Source of the DNA: a virus | Taxonomy: Duplodnaviria; Caudoviricetes | Direction: 5' to 3' (one strand) | Length of the DNA stretch: 25,935 nt | Virus record (IMG/VR): IMGVR_UViG_3300032281_000158 | Location: 1-25,935 of that record | Part shown: piece by piece, positions 8,596 to 19,100 of the stretch | How the letters are laid out: each line of letters opens with the position of its first letter | Position numbering within the stretch: the first letter of the stretch is position 1 | Position numbers and translations under genes: made by a program | The notes under the pieces: generated by a model | Databases searched by the model: none | The model's input: the letters and a program-made list of their open reading frames with translations, nothing else | Told to the model about the DNA's origin: nothing

Positions 8596-9585
8596 ATGCA
8601 AATTCTTAGACTTCCCCCTTACCCACTTTCTGTTACTTATACAGTGCCAGATGCAAGTGCAGACTACATACTTGTTGTTGAGGATGTTCTTGAGCAATCT
8701 GAGGTAGAGGTAGAACTTACTTCAAATGCAAGTAAAAAGTTAACATACGCTCTCTCTGAAGATTTTATAAAATACGACAAATCTTACTCGCTTACCATAT
8801 ATGAGTTTAGCGAATATACAACAGATGGTCGTGGGGATATAGTTATAGAAGACAACCTTGACGTATCAAGACCATATGTAGACCCAACGGTTATTGCTGC
8901 ATCTTATAATGCAACAACTGCTACAGATATTGCTCAGTTTGTAGAGTATGAGTCTTTGGCAAGAGCAGTAATTGATAACGTTACTGGAGGATTTTACAAT
9001 AAAAGATCTTACCTTGAAGTTGTTGGACAGGGCACTGACTACATTCCTTTGTGGGAGAGAACAAATAAAATTTTGAAGGTATATGAAAATGCCGAGTTAG
9101 TATATGACGTAACAGATGCCGATGGACCAGCACTAGGTGACTGGAACTATTTGATAACAAAAGACAGGACCGCTATAACAAAAGACCCAGTAGTATCTGT
9201 TGAATCTTTAAATCGTGCAGAAAGAATGCCACCAAGATTTACCGTTGCCCCATCAGACTCAATATCTATGTTTGACACAGAAGACAGTGGAAACGTTTAT
9301 ACAATTACTGGTGGCGTTGCATTTTCTGAAGGATTTGATTATATTCTTTTGCTAGAAACTGGATACCGTGTAGTTCCTTATGATATTCAAGATGCAACTA
9401 AAATGTTAATAGATGATATAAAGTGTGGAAAACTAGATTACTATAAGAGATATGTAAAAAATTATAGTACTGATCAATTTAAAATTGAGTATGATAAGAG
9501 AATGATTGATGGAACTGGGAATATAATGGTTGATAAGATACTATCAAAATATGTTGTATCAATAACTGCCCCAAGGATGCTATAG
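8596..9585 (+). CDS. Putative head-to-tail adaptor/connector
   Basis: Position after MCP. C-terminal GY.VVP.DI.DAT.MLI...Y...GTGN..VD.IL..Y resembles gp6/gp15-like adaptors with an inserted domain. Confidence 0.65.
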   Translation: MQILRLPPYPLSVTYTVPDASADYILVVEDVLEQSEVEVELTSNASKKLTYALSEDFIKYDKSYSLTIYEFSEYTTDGRGDIVIEDNLDVSRPYVDPTVIAASYNATTATDIAQFVEYESLARAVIDNVTGGFYNKRSYLEVVGQGTDYIPLWERTNKILKVYENAELVYDVTDADGPALGDWNYLITKDRTAITKDPVVSVESLNRAERMPPRFTVAPSDSISMFDTEDSGNVYTITGGVAFSEGFDYILLLETGYRVVPYDIQDATKMLIDDIKCGKLDYYKRYVKNYSTDQFKIEYDKRMIDGTGNIMVDKILSKYVVSITAPRML

Positions 9586-9589
9586 CATA

Positions 9590-10039
9590 ATGATAAACTG
9601 TGAGGCTACAGACTTTTTGTATCCAATGAAAGCGGATATATATTATTCGGTCATTAGTCAAAACTCATATGGTCAGCCTAAAAAAGAGTGGATTTTTGAT
9701 AGAACAGTTGTTTGCAATGCCACACCACTAGGTGGTGCTGGAAAAGAAGATATAAAACCAGAAGTTTTTTTACAAAATGATGGAAAACTACTTTCTAGAG
9801 TTAAAAGCGATCCAAGAACATCTTCAACCGAGTCAAACTATGCAATAACAAATATACTTGCAACCAATATAAGAAATGCACAAGACTCTGTAATTTATAA
9901 AGAAACCTCTGGACCAAGATCAGGAAGAGCCACAATATTTGAGTTTGGAACTGTTGAGCCTTTTACTGGACCATTTGGAAATGTTGAGTACTATAAATTA
10001 CTTTGGCGAAGAACTGAAAATCAGTCAGTAGGTGACTAA
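9590..10039 (+). CDS. Putative head closure/stopper protein
   Basis: Size (149 aa), synteny and N.YGQ..K.W pattern. The stop overlaps the next start (TAATG). Confidence 0.55.
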   Translation: MINCEATDFLYPMKADIYYSVISQNSYGQPKKEWIFDRTVVCNATPLGGAGKEDIKPEVFLQNDGKLLSRVKSDPRTSSTESNYAITNILATNIRNAQDSVIYKETSGPRSGRATIFEFGTVEPFTGPFGNVEYYKLLWRRTENQSVGD

Positions 10040-10716
10040 TGCTTGTAAGCATAAACACTAAAAGTTTTGAAAAACAACTTAACAATATTATTCAGTACTC
10101 TAATGGTTTTATTGATGGAATAGAAAAAGGCAAGAGTGTTTTTTTAAAAAATCTTGGGTTTGGAATTATTGAAGGATTAAGTGCATATATTGATTCACAA
10201 GCAAGATCTAATCCAGAATCACTTCATCATGTTTATGAATGGTATCAAACAGGAAGTCCAAAGGCAAGACTATTTGATTTAGATTATACTGTCAGTGGAA
10301 TAGGCCTATCAATTTTTGGAACATTTAAACAATCAAGAACAGTAAAAGATGACTCAACAGTACCATTTTATAATAAAGCAAAGATCATGGAAAGTGGCAT
10401 GCCCGTTGTGATTAAGCCTAAAAAGTCTTCTGTTTTAGCATTTGACTCTGGAGGGGTAACTGTCTTTACTCCAAATGCAGTAAACGTTAAAAATCCTGGA
10501 GGCAACGATGTTGCTGGATCTTTTGAAAAAACATTTGATGAGTTTATGAGATCTTACTTTAAGCAATCATTTTTAAGGGCTTGTGGTCTTTATGAATACA
10601 TAGGCAATCCAGTAATATACAAAACTAATATAAGTGCTGGATCTAAAATTGGAAAAAGCAAGGGTATACAGACTGGATTTAAATGGATTACAAATGCAAA
10701 GATTGGTGTAGAATAG
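10039..10716 (+). CDS. Putative neck/tail-completion protein
   Basis: Basic 225-aa protein between stopper and terminator. IME.G..V.I.PK...VL.F...V.V.NPG pattern. Call is mainly from synteny. Confidence 0.5.
   Translation: MLVSINTKSFEKQLNNIIQYSNGFIDGIEKGKSVFLKNLGFGIIEGLSAYIDSQARSNPESLHHVYEWYQTGSPKARLFDLDYTVSGIGLSIFGTFKQSRTVKDDSTVPFYNKAKIMESGMPVVIKPKKSSVLAFDSGGVTVFTPNAVNVKNPGGNDVAGSFEKTFDEFMRSYFKQSFLRACGLYEYIGNPVIYKTNISAGSKIGKSKGIQTGFKWITNAKIGVE
10709..10714 (+). promoter_or_regulatory. Possible -10 box TAGAAT giving a leaderless transcript
   Basis: ATG 10721 lies 6 nt downstream, and AGGA is only 2 nt from the ATG (too close for an SD). The TG is not at the canonical extended position. Confidence 0.4.
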
Positions 10717-10720
10717 GATA

Positions 10721-11293
10721 ATGGATAAAACTACTAATGATAAGATAGTGCTTCAGACTGCATTCCCGCCACTTTTTGTAAATGGGTACATAACTGAACA
10801 ATTAGAAAGATTTGGAATTTTGGACGGGAACCAGGGCATGAACCCTATAATGCCAGTTCTATCTACTAACATAGACGACATATACGGAGAAAGACTTAGC
10901 CCACCAGGAGAAGAGCCAGTTGTTATATTTTATGATAAATTGTTAAGGTTTAGACCAAGCACATTCTATAGACACAAGAGAGAACAACTCATATACACCG
11001 TACACGGGCCATTAGACAAGGTTTTAGCAACAATGCGTATTGTATCTGCTGCTCTCGACAGAGAGGACTCTGCAGCCCAAGATGTAAACCTATGGGCAGC
11101 CACTAACCCAGTACTAGATGACTATGGCGTTGCTCTTCCAACAAATGTATTTTTTCATAATTTTAAGACCTACCAAGTTGATGAAAGTAGAGACTTACTA
11201 GAACTATCCTCTGTAAGGGCTATATACACTAATAAGATTATTATAGAGTATGACTACCACACAACCGATACAGCCAGCACATTTTATCAGTAA
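10721..11293 (+). CDS. Putative tail terminator protein
   Basis: Acidic 190-aa ORF immediately before the major tail protein. Called from synteny. Confidence 0.55.
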   Translation: MDKTTNDKIVLQTAFPPLFVNGYITEQLERFGILDGNQGMNPIMPVLSTNIDDIYGERLSPPGEEPVVIFYDKLLRFRPSTFYRHKREQLIYTVHGPLDKVLATMRIVSAALDREDSAAQDVNLWAATNPVLDDYGVALPTNVFFHNFKTYQVDESRDLLELSSVRAIYTNKIIIEYDYHTTDTASTFYQ

Positions 11294-11300
11294 AAAATGA

Positions 11301-11309
11301 TGTTATACT
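11301..11309 (+). promoter_or_regulatory. Extended -10 promoter TGTTATACT
   Basis: Intergenic, 61 nt before the major tail protein ATG. SD GAGGTGA at 11360-11366. Confidence 0.65.
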
Positions 11310-11370
11310 ATCAATGAGGAAACAAACGCCGTACAACTTAATATCTTATTTTTAAGAAAGAGGTGAATAA

Positions 11371-12006
11371 ATGGCATATAGTCGTGGAACGTCTACCAAC
11401 ATTATCGTTGGTGCAGCAGCGCTTTTCGTTGCAGATACAACCTTAACTCCAGGAACACTGGAGGCATATGTATCAAATGAGTCATTCAGAGAAACACTTG
11501 CTGATGACGCAGCATATACAAATGTTGGTTACACCATGAACGGTCTTGAACTGCAGTTCCAGCCTGACTTCGGCGAAGTCCAGGTTGACCAGATTCTTGA
11601 CGTTGCTAAACTTTACAAGCAGGGTATGCAGGTTAATCTTGCTACTGCTTTTGCTGAGGCTACACTGGAGAATCTCCTACTTGCCCTAGCATTTAGTTCA
11701 GACCAACTTACTGGTAACAAAGCAGTTTCAAACGGACAGACACTTAACTTGTCTGCTGGAGAACTTGGTGAGTGCCCAGTTGAGCGTGGTATTGTTGCAG
11801 TTGGACCAGGAACAGGTGACTGTGAAGACTCTGCTTATGTAGAGCGTGTATATTCAGCATACCGTGCTTTGTCTATTGAAAACGTAACAGTTTCTGCAAA
11901 GCGTGATGAGGCTTCAATGTTTGAAGTATCATTCCGTCTTCTACCAGAGGATGCTTCTGGTTCATATGGTAAGATCGTTGATCGTACCTGGACACCAACA
12001 TCATAA
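11371..12006 (+). CDS. Major tail (tube) protein
   Basis: Motifs NIIVGAA.LF, VGYT..GLEL.FQPDF.EV.VDQ, AEATLENL, V.FRLLP. Highly-expressed codon bias, strong SD, followed by a terminator. Confidence 0.85.
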   Translation: MAYSRGTSTNIIVGAAALFVADTTLTPGTLEAYVSNESFRETLADDAAYTNVGYTMNGLELQFQPDFGEVQVDQILDVAKLYKQGMQVNLATAFAEATLENLLLALAFSSDQLTGNKAVSNGQTLNLSAGELGECPVERGIVAVGPGTGDCEDSAYVERVYSAYRALSIENVTVSAKRDEASMFEVSFRLLPEDASGSYGKIVDRTWTPTS

Positions 12007-12020
12007 TTTAATATAAATTA

Positions 12021-12064
12021 GCAACTGGCCCATTACCTTAATTGGTAGTGGGCTTTGTTGTTTT
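12021..12064 (+). terminator. Rho-independent terminator
   Basis: GGCCCATTACC (12027-12037) pairs with GGTAGTGGGCT (12044-12054), loop TTAATT, then TTGTTGTTTT. GCAAC/GTTGT can extend the stem. Confidence 0.85.
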
Positions 12065-12065
12065 G

Positions 12066-12074
12066 TGGTAGAAT
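12066..12074 (+). promoter_or_regulatory. Extended -10 promoter TGGTAGAAT (near-leaderless transcript)
   Basis: Directly after the terminator, 9 nt before ATG 12084. No SD. Confidence 0.7.
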
Positions 12075-12083
12075 AGAATTTCA

Positions 12084-12773
12084 ATGGCTACTACAATATA
12101 TCCCAGTAAAGAAATAGAATTATTTGATGGAGAATTATTAGAAATAATACCATTAAAGATTAAATATCTTCGTGAGTTTATGGACTCGTTCGATAATATT
12201 AAAAATGCAAAATCTGATGATGAATCAATTGCTGTATTAGTTGAGTGCGTAAGAATTTGTATGAAACAGTATTATCCAAAAATATCAAAAAATGTTGAAG
12301 ATGTTGAGGACAACTTTGATATGCCAGCAATCTATGAAATACTTGATATTGCTGCAGGAATTAAGATTAATAAAAAATCAGAAGAACCAGTAAAAGATCA
12401 AGCAGAAAAAAGTGGTGAAACATGGGAAACTCTTGATTTGGCAAAGTTGGAGTCAGAGGTATTTTTGCTGGGTATATGGAAAGATTACCAAGAACTAGAA
12501 ACATCTCTATCAATGCCAGAACTACTAGCAACATTAGAGGTTAGTAGAGAATTAGATTATTCAGAAAAAAAGTTTCTTGCTGCTATTCAGGGTGTAGACA
12601 TAGAGCAAGATTCAAAGAAGGGCCAGCAGGAGTGGGAAGACATGAAGGCTAGAGTTTTTAGCAACGGTCAAACTTCTGATGCAAATGATGTTCTATCCTT
12701 ACAGGGTCCAAAAGCCAAACAACTTGGTTTTGGAATCGGTATGGGATTAGACTATGAAAACTTAATAAATTAG
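12084..12773 (+). CDS. Tail assembly chaperone, long form (G-like domain fused in frame to T-like domain)
   Basis: Lies between major tail and tape measure genes. The first ~96 aa are paralogous to the next gene. The C-terminal half (LE.EVFLLG.WKDY.ELE.SLSMPEL..L) resembles T-segments. Confidence 0.7.
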   Translation: MATTIYPSKEIELFDGELLEIIPLKIKYLREFMDSFDNIKNAKSDDESIAVLVECVRICMKQYYPKISKNVEDVEDNFDMPAIYEILDIAAGIKINKKSEEPVKDQAEKSGETWETLDLAKLESEVFLLGIWKDYQELETSLSMPELLATLEVSRELDYSEKKFLAAIQGVDIEQDSKKGQQEWEDMKARVFSNGQTSDANDVLSLQGPKAKQLGFGIGMGLDYENLIN

Positions 12774-12781
12774 TTGATTTA

Positions 12782-12790
12782 TGCTATAAT
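12782..12790 (+). promoter_or_regulatory. Extended -10 promoter TGCTATAAT
   Basis: Intergenic. SD AGGAGG at 12804-12809, ATG at 12815. Confidence 0.78.
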
Positions 12791-12814
12791 TGAGATAACC
12801 TATAGGAGGAAATA

Positions 12815-13138
12815 ATGGCGACAACCACGTTTGAGGCTGAACAACTCACTCTCATTGATGGAACAAAAATAACGGTTCGCCCTTTAAAAATCTCTCTTCT
12901 TCGTCCATTTATGAAGAAGTTTGAAGGGGTGGCAAAGGTTGCAGAAGATAATGAGAAATCAATGACTCTTCTAGTTGAATGTGTTCAGATTGCTATGAAG
13001 CAATACAAGCCAGAATTGGCTGAAGACATCAACAAGTTGGAGGATCTGCTTGATCTTCCGACAGTGTACAAGATCGTAGAAGCAGCATCAGGAATTAACC
13101 TGTCATCTGTTACTGACATCTTAAATACACAAGAATAA
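12815..13138 (+). CDS. Tail assembly chaperone, short form (G-like)
   Basis: 107-aa helical acidic protein directly before the tape measure gene, paralogous to the N-terminus of the upstream gene. Confidence 0.72.
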   Translation: MATTTFEAEQLTLIDGTKITVRPLKISLLRPFMKKFEGVAKVAEDNEKSMTLLVECVQIAMKQYKPELAEDINKLEDLLDLPTVYKIVEAASGINLSSVTDILNTQE

Positions 13139-13162
13139 CTACATACAGAAGAGGTGTAATCT

Positions 13163-16100
13163 ATGGCTGATGTTAATGCCAATATAGGCGTAAACATTGA
13201 TACGTCTGATGCATTAGCACAACTTAAGTCTTTACAAAGACAGATTTCGCAGTTTCATACCTCTATAGCAAAGTCTAGTGAAACTGCAGCAGTTGCTCAG
13301 AAGTCTCTGCAGAAAAATCTACTTGGTAGTATTAATTCTATCGGTGCTTTTTCTGCAGAACTTCGCACTGTAAAAACTAGCGCAGAATCATTTACAAACT
13401 CTCTAGAAAAGAATAAATTTTCTATGCGAGAGTATTTCCGCTATGCTGGCGCATCTACTAAAACTTTTGGAAGAGTCTTTAAGTCTGAGTTTGACACAAT
13501 TGGCAAGGTAGCAGAAGAACGTGTAAAAACATTACAGACACAATATATTAAACTGGGAAGAAATGCTTCTGGTGCAATGGAAGCAATTGCTGTCAGACCA
13601 ACATCCCTTAATATGCAAGACTATGGAACTAAGGTTCAGATAGCAGCACAAAAGCAAGCATTATTTAATCAGTTAATGAAACAGGGTTCTACAAACCTAC
13701 TCAACTTTGGTAAAAATACACAGTGGGCAGGACGCCAACTTATGGTTGGTTTTACAATTCCTCTTGCTTTGGTGGGCAGCGCTGCAGTAAAAACATTTAT
13801 GGAGATGGAAGCACAGGCCCTAAAGTTTAAAAAGGTATACGGAGATTTATTTACACCACAGGCAGAAACACAGCAAGCATTAGAAAACATTACACAACTT
13901 GGGCAGATGTTTACAAAATATGGAATATCTGTTTCTCAAACTGTTGGCCTTGCTGCCGAGGCTGCTGCTGCAGGTTTTCAGGGTATGGATTTGCAAAGAC
14001 AGACAACAGAAGCAACAAGACTATCTGTGCTTGGTCAGATTGATGCACAGAAGGCTCTTGAGACAACTATATCATTGCAAAATGCTTTTGGCATGTCATC
14101 AGAAAACCTTGCATCATCTATTGATTTTCTTAACGCAGTAGAAAACCAGACTGTCGTATCTCTTGACGATATTACTACTGCTATTCCAAAGGTTGCTCCA
14201 GTTATTCAGCAACTTGGTGGAGATGTAAAAGATTTAACATTCTTTATTGCAGCAATGAAAGAAGGTGGAATTAATGCATCAGAAGGTGCTAACGCACTTA
14301 AGTCTGGTCTTGCAGCATTAATTAATCCAACTGGAAAAGCATCAGCAATGCTAAAAGGATTTGGAATTAACGCAAATGAAATTGTTACAAAGAATAAGGG
14401 TAACCTAAAAGCCACTGTTATAGAATTTGCAACTGCTTTAAATCAACTAGATCCTTTAAATAGAGCACAGGCAATTGAGCAGATGTTTGGAAAGTTCCAG
14501 TTTGCAAGACTATCAACACTGTTTGCAAATGTTGCAAAAGATGGAAACCAAGCAGCACGTGTTCTTGATTTAGCAAATTCATCTGTTGAAAGTTTATCAG
14601 CATTATCTGAAAAAGAATTAGGAATGACTGCTGATTCTGCAATGAATAAATTTAAAAAGACTGTAGAAGATTTAAAAGCAGCGCTTATTCCAGTTGGTAA
14701 AACATTCTTAGAGGCTGTAACACCAATTGTAGAATTTGTTGGAAACATATTAGACAAGTTTAACAACCTATCATCTGGAGTTAAAAAAGCAATAACAATT
14801 CTTGTAACAGTTATTGGTGGATTAGGACCAGTATTACTTATGACATTTGGTTTGCTTGCAAACGGTGTTGCCAATATTATTAAACTATTCTTAACATTGC
14901 GTAATGGATACCAAAGACTAACTGGTCAATCTCAAATACTAGGAGAACAAACACAGTACTTAACACAAGAACAAATGAATGCTGCTGCTGTTGCATCATC
15001 TCTTGATCAAAGACACGCAACTCTTGCACAAACCTTTAATGTAGAAACAGCAGAACTTACTAGACTTATTGCTGCATATCAAGCAGCAACATCTGCTGGA
15101 CAAAAGTTTGCAGCCATTAATCCTGGCGCAATGATGCCTCCAAGAAGAAAAGGATTTGCAGCAGGTGGAATAATTCGTGGTCCAGGAAGTGGAACTTCAG
15201 ACCTAATTCCTATCATGGCATCTAATGGGGAAGCAATAATTCCAGCCAAAAATGTAAACAAGTATCCAGAACTAACAGCAGGACTTGTTGCTGGAAATAT
15301 ACCAGGATTTAAAGATGGAAGACTTCCAATATTTCCAGAATTCGCAATGAGACTCCAAGATAAAACAGAAAACATGAGACAGCAGGCTGGGGGAACAAAT
15401 GTTCCTTCAGTTTTATCAAATTTAATTGCAAGAATAGGTGAGACAAGGGGGATATCACCAACACAAAATTCTATAAGATCTGGAAAATTTGATCCTATTG
15501 CAAAAGAATATGAGGGTATTACTCAAAAGTTTGTTGATAAATTAAATCAAGAATTTAACACAACTTTTAAAGAAGTTAAAGATAGTAATGAAAGGTTTGC
15601 TAATTCTTGGACAAGTGCAGGAAAATCTGTAGAAAAAGAAGTTAATAGAATTACTTCAGATGCAGAAAAGGGTGTTGTAAGAAAAGTATTTGGATTAGAT
15701 CCAGATGTTTATGGGACTATCCCTACTGAACCACGAAAGGCTGGAGGAACTAAGCCAGAACGTGGAAGAAGAGCCGCTTTCCAAACTAAAGAATTTGGAA
15801 CTAGATCATATACATCTTTAAGACCTGGTGTTAAAAAGATTTATGAAAGAATGACTGGCTCATCCGCAGAAAATTTACAAATGGGTCATGTATTCAAACC
15901 ACAAATGACTGACATATCCACACTACAGGCTAATCCAATGGCATCACCTGCTGTTGCAAAGGCTGCAAAGGTTATGAATGGGCAGGCAGCAGAGATTTCA
16001 AATGGTGCAATTAGGTCTGCATCTGTAGCAGCAGGAACAGCATCTCCATCCAAAAAGACTATAAAAATTGGTGAAGATATTGCAAGAGGTCTAGAAGTTG

Positions 16101-19100
16101 GAATGGCAAATAGACAAGATGATGTTGCTAAATCTGCAGCAAACATTGGAAACATTGCTACACAGTCTGCTGGTAGATCAAGTCGCCGTGCTACAAGACC
16201 ACAAGGAGCACCGCTAAGTGCTTTATCATCACAGATGCCAATATCACAAGAAACCAAAACTGCCACAATACAGCAAGCAAAAATTATTAATAATGCAAAC
16301 CAAAGAGTACAAAGTTTTGACAGAAATCTTATGGGAGCATCATTTGCTATATCATCACTTTCAGGAATTGCATCAATGTCTGGAGGCAAACTTGGAGAAA
16401 TGTCTGGAACTATATCAAAGGTAACAGGATCTTTATTTGCACTTCAGGCAATAACTGGTCTACTAACGCAAACAAATTTAGTTGCTCTTGCTAAAAAGCG
16501 ACTAGAGGTTGCAGGGTTTATGGGAGCAAGTAAAGTAACAGGATTATTTTCTGGTGGAATTAAATCATTACTTCCAAACCTTTTAAGATTTGGCGGTATG
16601 ATTGCAAAATTCCTAGGTCCAATAGGACTAGCAATAACTGCAATAACAGCAACAGTATCAATAATTAGACTGGTAAACGCAGCAAGAGAGCGAGAGAGGA
16701 TTTCAATTGAAGGCCTTGGCAATGCAGCAAATCTTGCAGAAAAACAAATAAATACTCTTGGAGATTTCTTTGGTATAGTTGCTAGAAAAAGTTCTCTTAG
16801 TTCACCACTAAATGAAATTGCTACATCTTCACAAGAAAGAACAAAGGTTGATGCGTTAAAACAAAGCGATCAATTTAAGAAAGATTTTGGAACAGAGATA
16901 ATCCCATCTATAAAATCTGCAACAGACCAGCAAGCATCTTTAATATTTAACTCTTTATCAGTACAACTAAGAGGTAGTGGATTTGCAAAAGATCAGATAG
17001 AAACAATAATCACTGCACTTAAAGAAGAGGCTGGAAAAACTAACGTAGAATTTGATTTTGCAAAACTAGACCTTTCTACTGATGCTGGGATGCTTGGATT
17101 CCAAGATTCAATCAATAAACTTTCTACAGAACTAGGTACACAATTTTCTACTGGATACATTGAAAAAGTAAAATACGGTGTTAATGGGGCAACAGGAGAA
17201 ACAATTCAATGGACAGAAAAGATTTTATCTAAAGACTTAAAAAGAACTTTAAACTTAACAACAGGTGCATTTACATCAATGATAGATGGTATTGCTGGCC
17301 AGTTAAAGAATGGAACAATATCTGCAGATCAGTTTAGTCAAGCATTTGCAAGAATTAAATCTAGTCTTGCTGGAATGCCAAAACCAGAATCAATTCTTAT
17401 TGTTGATGAGATAATGAAAACTCTTCCAGAAAAATTACAAAAGGCAGCAGTAGGTCTTAGTAACTATTCTGATAAACTTATTATAATTGAAGCACAATCA
17501 GTTGGTGCAACTGCTGGAATTTTTGGTGTTATAGAAGCAATGAGTATTCTTGAGAAGGCTTCTGTATTTGGTCCAGAAGATGCTATGAAGAGAGCATTTG
17601 CCCAACAAACAATAAATGCTTTTATGAAAAGACTTGATGATGCAAAAAATAAATGGAAGTCTTTTGTGTCAACAACAGAAGAAACAAATCCATTTAAAAA
17701 TCCTCAAGATGGTGATGGGGAAGATAGTCCATACGTTAAGGCAATCAAAGATCTAGAGGCTCAAAGAAAAGAGGTAGGTTATACAACTACTGCCTTTTTA
17801 AGATTAAAATCTGTTGGAACTGAAACGGCAAGAGCATATGAACTTGCAAGAAACCCTATTCTTGCAGCAGCACTTGCTACAACAGAGGTAGGAACAGACG
17901 ATTGGGAAAAACTACTTAAATTAATTCGTCTACTTGGAAGAGAAGAATTAACTAATTTAACAACAGGTGAACTATTTGACAGAATGAATACAAAGGCATC
18001 AGAGTACTTTAATATTCTTGAAGAACAAATTCAAGACAAATTTGAAGATCCAATTCGTAATGCAGAAAAAGCAGCCGAAGATGCTGCTGATGCTGTTAAT
18101 AAAATACAAGAAGATATTTCTAGCAAGCAAGATGTTATAAATACAATACAAAGAAAAATAGAAGAAACAATCACTCGTCCTATTGGTGAATTACAAGATG
18201 AAATAGATAATCTTCAAAGAAAAATTGAAACCTCAATAGATAGACCAATAAATGCTTTGCAAGCAGAGTCTACGATTCTTTCAGAAAATCTTACAATTAT
18301 CGACAAGGCAGCAGAAGGTATTAATTCTAAATATGATGCACAAGAAGAGGCATTGTCAAAAATATCTGCGATTAATCAAGAAATTGCTAACCAGCAAAAG
18401 CAGCAGTTAACACTTGCAGATGCATTAAGCCAAGGAGACATTGCTGCAGCAGCAGCAGCAGCCCAAGACATGAGATCTTCTGCAGCAGCAGCCCAGCAAG
18501 ATACAGTTGCCTCTGGACTAAAGGCTGCAAGAGAAGCAGAACTCGGCGCTCTTGTCGGTCCAAACGGAATGACCAGAGATCAAATTGCTTCACGTCAATA
18601 TGAAATTGATAGACAAATTTATGCACTTGAGCAATTAAAACTTCCAATTCAGGCAGAAATTCTTTCAAAGCAAAATAGCATTTATAACCTTGAAGTATTA
18701 AGAAAGCCACTTGTTGAAGATATTCGTAAAAAAGAAGATGAAATATACAAGATCCAAATTGGAAAACTTGCACTTGCTGAATCAGAATCAAAAAAGAGAG
18801 CAGCAGAACTTACAGACATTAAAACTAGATTAAAAACAGAACTTGATGCAGTTGAAGCACAAAGAGAAAAATGGTCTGACACTAAGTTGGCAATCGATCT
18901 TGCTAAAATAGCAAATGGAGAATTTAATGATGTTATAGAAATAACAAAAGATATGGTTCAAGGAATTGCTGATAACTGGGCTAGTTTAAGTAGCAAAGAT
19001 ATAGAATTAAGAATTACTACGATAACAACAGAAATAGTTGATACAATAAATAGAGGCATAAATTCTGCAGGTGGCAGTTCTTCTAGCAGTGATAGTAGCG

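Noticed and set aside
11314-11355. 13-codon uORF (MRKQTPYNLISYF) in the major tail gene leader
   Set aside because: The ATG is only 4 nt after the -10 box, so it is probably upstream of the transcription start. There is no SD, and short ORFs like this arise by chance.
12360-12420. A-runs (TAAAAAAT, GAAAAAAG) at the domain junction of the long chaperone as slippery sites
   Set aside because: They are not in canonical heptamer phase, the ORF is already continuous, and A-runs are common in this AT-rich DNA.
15886-16389. Minus-strand ORFs (e.g. 15886-16389, 6547-6915, 14443-14874, 24661-25035) and short alternative-frame + ORFs
   Set aside because: These are shadows of the codon bias of well-supported + strand genes, with no SD, promoter or recognisable motifs.
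18443-18493. (GCA)n microsatellite
   Set aside because: This is a poly-Ala tract in the TMP. The uniform GCA use is explained by codon bias and AGCT avoidance.
16771-18909. Looser TGnTAnnnT matches inside genes (e.g. TGGTATAGT 16771, TGCTAAAAT 18901)
   Set aside because: They are deep within coding sequence with no evident SD or start nearby, and the loose pattern is frequent by chance.
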